From positions 27,651,640 through 27,715,639 of the forward strand of contig NC_068982.1 of assembly GCF_001194135.2 (NCBI RefSeq): a DNA stretch of 64,000 nt. The letters run 5' to 3'. Position 1 is the stretch's first letter. Every line of letters begins with the position of its first letter. This document shows positions 1 through 10,940 of this stretch, in pieces. The position numbers and the translations under genes are program-made. The stretch comes from Octopus bimaculoides. Its lineage: Eukaryota. Under the pieces are notes generated by a model. It saw only the letters and a program-made list of their open reading frames with translations, was not told the DNA's origin and did not search any database.

Positions 1-1608
1 GATGGCACTATCATGTAAGAAAATTCCTTTAATTTCGAAAGATTTTTTGAAATGTTTCTGTTTTTTTTTAACTGATTATGTTGTTATAGGGGAGTTCAAT
101 TGACAGTTTCTCTCAAGTATTGTATAGTCTTGGTCAGGACTATCAAATTTGGATGTTATGAAAAGAGGTTAGTCCTTTAGTATTGAAACTGGACACATCA
201 GTCCCCAATATTCTACTTGTTTTTTTTTGTTCAAACTAGCCAAATCTAGCCTCTCACTCCTACCCTACAATGTCATTTTAAAAATCTCAAAGCTACAAAA
301 TCATTAAAATCTCAAAGCTACAAGATAACGTATGTGTTTAGTAACCGAGTGTCGTAAGCGCCACCCCGGCCATTTTCAAGATTAGTATAACATTTTCTTT
401 GTCTCGACATCTAGAATCCCAAAAAGTTGGGAAGAAGAACCAGTGAAGCTTGCAATAAGTTCAAAAATCTTGCTGCAAAAATTGTACCTCAACGCTGTTG
501 ACACGATGCTCGCTCACCCAAACTCGGACCAGAGAATTTAGTAACACACCATCATGAGCACACACACTCAATCAATAACTTCAGTGTGGTTCCTGTATCG
601 TTTTTCAAGGTGTTATGGCTCATTTTCTAATATTCCTCATTTCCATCATAACGATAATGGGTTATTATCTTACTATCTTGTCTTACTTACCTCTTAAAGA
701 TACTTACCTTGGTATATTAAAACACAAACAGTACCTTTGTGGGGTCTCTGTATGTTTTTTACTAGGTATTATGGCTAAAATATGCAATGCAATACACCGT
801 TTTGTTGTACCAGTATATTCTACAAAATGAGAAAGACGCAGTCATTGTTTCATCTTTCAGATGCATACCTAAATAAATAATTATACATAGGTGGAATGAC
901 TAGAGGAGGTCTTCACAGTCATTTTAAGACCAAAACCAGCTTCCTAACATCGTTCCTTGCTGAGATATCGCATTCTGAAAGTTGTGAAACTTTGACTTTT
1001 TTCTCGGTTTTTAAGTTGTGGTACTTATGATGGTCTGTTACTAAACACCTCATTTAACAGAGTAATCTGAATACTAAAAGGTTAAATCTATTGTTTCTGG
1101 CTGGTCTCTTTAACTCTTTTGATACCAACCTGCTTGAGGCTTTGTGGACTGGTTCTCTGATACAAAGACAGTGTACAAGTAATGTGTAAAGTATTAAATC
1201 TCATCATCATCATTTTTACTCTCCCATATGTCCACTTTACCATGCTTGCATGGATCAGATGGAATTCATTAAGACAGATTTTCTATGGCTGCATACCCTT
1301 GTTGGCATTTGTAATCCAGTCAAGGTAACATTTCCATATGGTTAGACATGTTTTTATTGAAAGACTGGAAACAAGGGATACCACTTGCATGGTAGTGACA
1401 TTCATTTATAACTACAGCATAATCTCAAGACAAAGAAACACAAATACTCTCACATACAGCCATGCAGACACAGACAGACAGGCACACACACAGACACACA
1501 ATAAGTTACTTTCACTTTCCCTTTACGTAGATATAGAATTTATTTTTGTTGCTCCCATTTTTTTTTATTGACTCTTCTCATTCATTGCTTTTCTCAATAT
1601 CCTAATAG

Positions 1609-1833
1609 GCAATTTGATCTGCGAACTCCAATTATCTGTGATAGCACACCCCAGAATGTTTTAATCAATCTTAATGCACATATGGGACTTCATGCTGAAG
1701 CAAAGTGCATTGCTATCAATCCTTTACGGCCAGATGAGATGGCAGTTGGAGCTAATGATCCTTATGTTCGGGTGTATGACAGAAGAATGTTGTCATGCAA
1801 AAGTATCAAATTTCCTACTGATAATGGATCACG
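1609..1833 (+). CDS. WDTC1: WDTC1 exon, WD40 (QFDLRTP...AVGANDPYVRVYDRR)
   Basis: ag at 1607-1608, gtaagt at 1834; phase 2-2; matches ORF 1568..1837. Confidence 0.93.
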
Positions 1834-4800
1834 GTAAGTTGAGTTACTTCAATGTGTCAAATCCTTATTTTTCTTATATTGTAACATATTTATAATCAAC
1901 TGGATTTTACTCTATCTTTATTTACAACTAGATTCAGTAACTATAAATATTAAACTGTAAAGCTTTAAGATAAATCTCAGATCAGTTATTTGCATTGGTC
2001 TGTGCGGGTATTAACTTGCATATTCTCTGCATAGTCGGTTTTTCCTTTGTGTATTCTTTTAAAAAAAAAAAAAAACTGGCCTATTTTACAGATCAGAAGA
2101 GTCCATTAAAGCAGTGCCTATCTCTGTTTCCTTAACACTAATCTAATGATAAATATGTTTTTCTTGGATTGTAACATTAGTTTATCTGGGTAACTTTCAC
2201 TAAGGGGGTTAGCACACAGTCTTATCTAAGTGAACTAAGATACTTTGAATAAAAATATCCTGCCCACTAGAAATAAAGAATTCTAATACCTGTGATGAAT
2301 TTGATCTTATAACATAGGAGCTGACTGGGCCATTTAACATCACAATAAATTTATTATAGATTAACACATTCTTTGCTTATATTTTAATAAAACAAATAAA
2401 CTTTATATTTTAGTTTTAAAAAGGTTTTCAAACTTTGAGGTCATGGTGACTTTTGTTAGGTTTTAACCGCTTTCTTACTAATGAATATTTGTAAATTAGA
2501 TAGTATAGATTCTGTGTGATTATCTCTCTTTTTTGTATCTCTTTTTACTCAGTATTTTTTCTTGCTTTTTTTTTTTTTTTTGATGTCAAATATAATTTGT
2601 ATTCAAAAATGCATCCACCAATTTGCACTAAATATTTTGCAAAACATTGAGCAGTAACCTTCAAATTTGGATTATATTTTGTGTTTTACATAAATTCTGT
2701 TTAAAACTATTCAACTCTCAGATTCTCTTTTTCTGAAATTTCAAAGACAAAATTCTTTTAAGGTTTTTTTCATAAATTTTGGAAGATGTTTTTATTTCTT
2801 TCCTTCTTGATCAGTATTTATACACAGAGTCAAGAATAATAATAATGATAATTTTTTCAGATCTTTAACTTCAGCTTTAGGGATGAAATTTTTTTTTTTT
2901 ATATCTACATCTACACTGTTTCAATTGGTTTGGTCTGTGATCATCACCAGATGCCTCACTCTAGGATGTGTACATAGAAACAAAAGTTTCTAATTTGAAT
3001 CCAGTTTAAATTTAACATCTCTATTCATTTTCTAAATATTATAAGCAAGAATCAACTCTGATATTTTTCTATTCCTTGCTTTAGTTTCATAACCCAATTT
3101 TGATCCTCTCTCTTACTAGGTTACAATGGGATAGCCCTGTGACTCCACCCAGCTTAAGGGAAGAGGACTACAACTTACATTCGGGCTGTGTACAATACTT
3201 TGTTGCAGGTATAAATCTGTTTGTTTTAATTGTTCTTCTAGGTCATTTGAGGACACTCTGTCTCTGATGCGGTCTGCGTACAGTGCGGAGTTCCCTATGC
3301 CTCAAGGCTGTGTTAAGTTCTACATAGCAGGTAATACAACTGCAATTAATGCCTGCAACTGTCTACTGGTGTTACTTCAACTCATTGCACACAATTCTCA
3401 TTATGTATCTGCTCTCTTTAGATTTCTTAATTGGTTTAAAGAAGCACATCAAAGTCTTTTTAACCTTTCACTTTTGGAATTGAAATCGCAATGATCTGTG
3501 TTTTATAATTGGGTTTGCATGTATCCCATTTATAAAATATCTCCTTTGAATTAAAATAAAAACAACAGCATTTACATCACATGGCATTGAAGAATAATTC
3601 TATTTTAATTATATCAGCAAATATTCATGTTTGAAAAAATTATAAAATATACAGTAGGAGATTTTAAGCCAGTAATTTTTTATCCTTGATTTTACAAAAC
3701 CAAAAAGCAACAATGATTTTGAAATGAATTACAGCTCATTAATAGCTGTGATTTTAAAACTACTTTAATATTTAAATTTCAATTACAATTGATCTTTAAA
3801 CCAATTAAATGTTTGTATTACTTTGTAAAATATTGCTGCATATTTTACATTGGTTATATTAGAAATGTTGTATTATTGGAATATAATTCAGTTTTAATGT
3901 GTGTTTGCCTGAACATTAGCTAAACTATGTAAATTCATCTTGGCTATAATGGTAAACCATTTATTCTGCCTCTGCAGTTACATTTTCACTCAGTCTGCTT
4001 CCATCATTGCTTACCTACTTCCCCCTATCTGATAAATTAAAGCTGTTATCAATATTATAGCCCTTATTTTTAGTATTTATTCATATTGAAATGAATTTTC
4101 GTCAATGATTTAAATCTCACATGTGATATCTTGCATGAATAAAAGAATCTTGACTCTAAACAGAACTAAAGTGGCTGTCAAGTTATTGATGAAGCAGGTA
4201 GTACGCTGTTGAGGTTAAAAGTTCAGCTAAAGCATGCAGGCATAACTAATTTGATAAGAAAGGGAATGCAACATCAGTGTAATGTAGTTGAAAACCATTA
4301 TTCCTTGGTAAGAGAAAGAAATGTAGTTTGAAACCTGTCCATAGGTTTGTTCTCTTTCATTTTTAAATTGTTGTTTCGAAAAGTATTATATTCTATTATT
4401 GTTTGTCTGTATATACATATGAGAGATGGATGTTGTATTTATAGGTGGTAGGTCTGTGAGTTTTGTATGATGGGGCTGGGGATGAGGAGCTTTTAACTTT
4501 GTTTGTACACATTTTAATCTGTGTGTTGTGGGAGAGGGGTCTGTTCCCTTGGAAATAAGAGTTACTTGTTCATGCCAAAGCAATTTTGAAAATAAGAACT
4601 GAACATTTACTGATGGTGAAACTCAACTCAATACTAAGAGCAGAGTAAAATTTATTTTAATATTACATTCAACTGGGTCTTGTAGTTTTGCTTAGTATTT
4701 TATTCAGCCACTGGATAAATCACTGTCAAGTGAAATTTAAAATCAGTGAGCTGGCAGAAACATTAGCGTGCCAAAGAAAATGCTTAGCAATATTTTTCTT

Positions 4801-7800
4801 CTGTTCAAATTCTAAGTTCACCGAGGTCAACTTTGCCTTTCATCCTTTCAGAGTCAACAAAGTAAGTACTAGTTGAACACTGGGGTCAATATAATCAGCT
4901 TATCCCATCCTCTGAAATTGTTGGCCTTGTCCCAAAATTTAAAATCATTATTATTATCATCAGTGGTGTGCACAGCTAACCAATAAGTTAGCTTCGCTAA
5001 CTGCTAATCCATTAACGAAAAAAGTTAGCTTCGCAAATGCTAAACCGCTAAACAGGTAAAAAAATTAGCAGAAGCTAATGCTAACTTTTATCATATGAAT
5101 TTAGTTTTGGTTTGTTTTTTTTTTTGCTCTATAACCCTTAAAAATAAACCGAGAGAGCTGACATTTTCATGTTGTAGCTTAGACATAGAGCTTTCCAAAA
5201 AGGTGTAGCATGCCAAGATCAGATTATGATCAAGGTGTATGCAAATAATTAAATGAACAAATGAAATTAAGCTTTAGTTTTTCAGTCATCATACATTTTG
5301 TTTACTGTACAAAAAGTATTAAATGAATCAAAACGATACAGTATTGCATAGGTATCATGCTAAGATCAAATGATGATCAAGTTGTACTACTCTGGTTGAG
5401 CCTTCTCCATCACCTCAACGTGTTGTTGGTTGCCCTTCATAAACATCAGCATCTCAAAGTTACCGTCTGATAGAATGGCTCTCTTGGCCCTCAAAATATC
5501 TTTGCTTATAGAGAATAGGCGCTCAACCGCAGCACTAGATGGGATGACGTTGTTATACTTGGTGAACAGGTCGATCAAGACCTGCTTACCCCAAAAGGCG
5601 ACTTTGGGCATGACCTCCTTCAAGATGCCCTTTTGCCAGGTCTTCACCAAGTTTTATTCCTTGGATTTCAGTGACCTGTGGCTCCTGCTCTCCTGAAACT
5701 GAGTGTTGTTGTTGAAGAAATCATTTTCATCCTCATTGCTGGTGGTGCTGCTGTCCTCCTCATTGGTTTCCATTAGGGCTGTCTCTACAACGGTCTCCAT
5801 GGCATTCATTACTCTGTTAACCTGGCTGTTATTATACTGCTCCAGCCAGAACAGGTAAAACTTGGGGTGTTACTCCAGGTCTTCTAGGAGGAGCCCAAGT
5901 CTTTGCATGATGCCTGCCAGTATTGCATCTACCAGAGGACTGCAGTACAGAAGATGTTTGAACTTGGCCTCCTTCAACTTCATGATGGAAGCCAATACAA
6001 TCGGCTGAAGGATCCCGAGGTAGGCCTGGTCTTCCTCCTGGATTTTATCCAAGGCCTTGGCAACATTAGACATCACCTAGGTGTACTCTGTCAAGAAGCC
6101 GACATCAGAATCAGTGAAGGTCTGCAGCTTCAGCTATGTCATGACCCTGTGGACAGCTCCCCTATTCTTCTCCAGCAGGTTGTTGAGGACAACAACAGAG
6201 TCATAGGTAGAACTCCATTTGGTACTGTTGGGGACCACCAGCCTCCTCTTCAACACATCCAAAATGCTGCATGTCACCATTGTGCTGTGGCTCTGCAGAT
6301 TCCACAGCCACTGTGCCTTGGACATGGCTTTCCTCTAGGCTGACTTGAATGAAGTGCTGTCAAGAACCTTGTTGGCATCCATACTGGCTGCCAAGTTGAA
6401 GGTATGGGCTGTGCACTTCCTGCGCACTGGCAAGTTTAGGCCCAGGCCACTGGACTCTTCAAGGATGGCATCAACAGAAATGTACTCACCTTCGCCCACA
6501 TCCTCAGCCTCGGGATCCAGGTCCAGGTCCACATCCTTGATGCCCTCCACATCTGGATCAGCAGCAGCCTCGGGAATGTCTGGCGAGAGTTCAACTTCTG
6601 TACCAAACTGCATAAATGTCGTAACAAAGTTTTTGCCGTAATCCATTCTGGTCACCTTGATATGAAATTGGAACTTGTAATGAGTATCCACCTTGGCCTA
6701 GGTGAGAACATCTAAGGTGTGATATCCTCTGAGCCAAGAGCAGGCCAGGACAGCATGTTGTCTCGTGTGGGTCTTGAGGTCCAGCCAGTATGCCGTCATC
6801 CCCAGATAGGATCTGTTGTGAGCCAACCAACAGTCTACAGTGGTCGCCATCCAGAAGACATCCTTGAGCAATCTGTAATATCAAAGTGGATTGCAGCAAT
6901 TTAAAACCAACAAGGAAATAATTCACTGTCACTAAGAGTGACAAAGGTTCAGTGAGCACCAGCATTGCTAGAAATAGGAGCCCTAGACTCCTTAGCCACA
7001 AAGCACATGATCTCTTTGTATTGACAGGAGAGAAAACCCTCTCAGCTGTGAATGAGATGCATTAGATTAGCATGCTAATTTTGTATAGGAAATTAATACT
7101 CATCAGTAATGCTTACTCCATCACAACTGATAGAGGCCAACTCACCCTGTCAATATTATGGAGAATGCCATTGGAATCAGTGACTGATTTCACCAAATGG
7201 TAATGTGAAAATTATAAAATAATCAAGGTGACTAGCAGCGATTTAAAACCAACAGGGAAATAACTCACCATCACTATATATAAACCGACGAAGGGTATGA
7301 TCAAGGCCTACTAAAAAAATAGAAACTAACCTCTCATCCACATCTCCACACAAGCTGCAATGGTTTTTGTGAGTCCATGGTTTGTACAATTTTTTGTGGG
7401 TAGGAAGGAGGCAGGACACTTGATAGCAATATCTTATAACCATATTTTATTTATAGAAATCACACATAATGTATTTTAACATTTGTTACTAGTCTGTTCT
7501 AGATTCATGGAAATATTGCTTGTAATTTAAAGCCATGTTATTAAACTTTTGAAAATAGTGACACTACCTCGATAGGTGATGCATTGGTTGGAGGTGGGGA
7601 GGGATGAATAACCAAGAAGAGAGATGGAATGAGGGTCAGAATTTGATAAGTTCTGAACTTAAGGTTCGTTTATTCGTTATTTCATTAAAGACTGCTGTTT
7701 TGACTGTACAGACTTAATCATAAGTGGAATATATGTATATACCATATATTATATATTATGACGTTTATTTCAATTAGCTATTATACATTTTATTACATTA

Positions 7801-10800
7801 ATTAAGAAAATAATTATTTGATAAATAAATTGAATTAAGAAAACGTGAAGTACACCATAATAATAATTTAATAAACTTGTATAATTTTAATTTATAAATA
7901 CCTTGTAAGACACTCCTGCAGCTGTTTATGGCTGGCCAAAATCATCCTGCCCAGAGTCCAGTTGGACATCAATGTCTTGCTGAGGTTCAGCGTCTTGATC
8001 AGGCTGACCAAGGTGGGGGACTCCACTACATGTAGTGGTAGCATGTTGTTGACAAACAGGTCTACAATCCTTCTGTCCACCATAGACTGACAGATGCCAA
8101 TGCCAGCAGTTTGGGCAAATGCCTCGCCAATGCTGAGCTGGTGTGCTTTCATTGCATATAGCTGTTGCGACTGGTTACTAGCACTACTACCTGAAGATTG
8201 TCTGTGTTTCTCACGGGAAGAGCTAGCCTTGATCCTCTCCTCAAACTGGTTGGCATGCACTGGGTGTTTCCTCTTGACATGTGACTTAAATTGTAGAGGC
8301 TCTCTGCTTGTCCCTCAATGGTGGTCTCCTTGGGCTGGCACATGGCACTGGAAGCACAGGATTTTAACATTCCTCTTACCCCTTGATGTAAGGACAAAAG
8401 TAGTCCTCCAGGTGGAGCCACAGCTTCTGAGACTCCTGGCTTTCAACCTGAGTGACCTCTGCCTCACCAACAGCCATTGCAGACTCAACTCCTCAACAGG
8501 GCTTTCAAGACATGACCACAACAGACAGGAACAAATGTATGAATTTTGTTAGCGGAGCTAAATTTAATGGAAGCTAATTGGTCTGCTTAAGATTTCCAAA
8601 GTTAGCAAAAAACGCTAGTCCACTAAACATAAAATTAGCTTCGCTAATTAGCTGTTTGCAGATTAGCAGAACCATGCCTACCATTGATTATCATTATTTT
8701 TTGATTTCAAATGCAACTGAGGCCAACTTTGTTTTTTGTCCTTTTAGGTTCAATAATACAAGTATCAGTTGACCACCGGTGTTGATATAATCAATTAGAC
8801 TCTATTCCCCCAAAGTATCTGGCTGTGTGCCTGCAGTAGAAATGGTTATTATTATTATCATTATTATTACCTCTGCCATAGCGAAGGTGGAGGTATTGTT
8901 TTCAGTCGTGTTTGTTTGTTTGTTTATGGACAAGATATCTGAAGAACTGCTGGATGGATTCAAATGAAACTTTTAGGGATGTTTGGCCTCGTGACTGGCA
9001 CAAACTGATTAGATTTTGGGATCAATCCAGTACCGAACAAGGATTCTGGATTATTTTTCCTGTTTTTTTACTCAATTTTTGAGAGTGGTCAGGTTCATTT
9101 TTAGCTTTCTAGTTTGTGAGAGCAGTCGAGTTTATTTCAGATATTCTCATTTTAAAAATCACCTCTCGCTAATCGTTGAGAGGACGTTGGTGTTGCCTTG
9201 GCGGAGGTTTGCGCTCTCTGAGTGCTCTTGTTATTATTGTTATTGTTATTATTAAGGTGGCAACCTGGCAGAATCATTAGCATGCTGGGCAAAATGCTAA
9301 ACAGCATTTTGTCTGACTTTATGGTCTGAGTTCAAATTCCACCGTGGTCAAATTTGTCTTTCATCTTTTTGAAGTCGATAAAATAAGTACCAGTTGAACA
9401 CTGGGGTCGATGTAATCGACTGGTCCCCTTCCTCCAAAATTGCTGCCCTTGTAGCAAAATTTAAACCATTATTATTAAGTTGGCAAGCTGGCAGAATTGT
9501 TAGCATGCCAGGCAAAATGCTAAGCGGCATTTCATCTGTCTTTACTTTCTGAGTTCAAATTCTGCCAAGGCCTATTTTGCCTTTCATGTATTCGGGATCT
9601 GTAAAATAAGTACCAGTTGTGTACTGGGATTGATGTAATCAACTATCCCCCTACCCTAAAATTTCAGGACTTGTGCCTATAGCAGAAAGGATTGTTATTA
9701 TTATAAATGCAAGCATGGCTTTGTAGTAAGAAGTTTGCTTTTCAACCACATGTAATCAACTTACACCACCCCTAAAATTGCAGGCCTTGTACCAAAATTT
9801 GACACTTTGGGTGGTGAGCAGGCAGATTCAGCGCTTTGGGCAAAATGCTTGACAGCATTTCTTCAGGCTCTTTAGATTCTGAGTTCAAATCCTCCCATGG
9901 TCGACTTTGCTTTGATCCGTCCTGTGTCAGTAAAATAATGTACCAATCATGTACTGGGAATAATGACATTGACTAAACCCCTCCTCCAAATTTCAGGCCT
10001 TTTGCTTGTTTCAAAAATGGTTTTGAGGGCAGTGATCTAGTAGAATCACTGTGTTGAACAAAATGCTTAGCAGCATTTCTTCAGGCTCTTTATGTTTTGA
10101 GTTCAAATCTTACCGAAGTCAGCTTTGCCTTTCCTCCCTTTGGGGGTGATGAAATAAAGTACCAGGCAAATACCAATGTTGTTGTTGTTGATGATGATGA
10201 TGATGATTTCAAATTTTGGCACTAGGCCAGCAATTTTAGGGGTCGGGATAAGTTGATTACATCAACCCCCCACCTCCAGTGCTCAAATGATATTTATTTT
10301 GTCAACCTTGAAAGGATGAAAGGCAAAGTTGATTTTGGCAACATTTGAACAGCAACAACTACACCACCACTACAACAAAAATAATAGCTTCTGATTTAAA
10401 AACAAGGCTAGGAATTTTGAAGCGATATTGTTAGTTGATTGCATCAACCCTAATACCTAAGTATCAATCAGGTATTGGGGGTCAGTGTAAATGAGTTTAC
10501 TCTTTATCACATTATGATTATATTAATAATGCTTGTGGAGCTAATTGGCTTCAGCTTTGTGCTACAAGAGAAGTATATTTTCATGAAACAGCTTTAATTT
10601 TGAGTAGGCTGCACATTCTCCAGTTGACTCTCCCTAAATCTGCTTTATATTAAGCTTGTTAGGTTAGATATAAAACACCTGTTTTCTATCTGTGCACATA
10701 TGTATTTGCATATGTCAATTTGTGATTATATATTATGTATTTATGTATGTGCGTGTGTGTTTACATATACATGTGTATGTGTATGTGTGTGTGTGTGGCA

Positions 10801-10896
10801 CATAAAAAACACCTTTTGAGCGAGGCCGTTGCTAGTACCATGTGACTGGCCCTCGTGCTGGTGGCATGTAAAAGCACCCACTACACNNNNNNNNNN

Positions 10897-10940
<44 letters not shown>

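Noticed and set aside
5430-6641. Long plus-strand ORFs (5430..5696, 5903..6343, 6345..6641) and 8094..8552
   Set aside because: Antisense shadows of the GC-rich hAT transposase; no recognisable domains.
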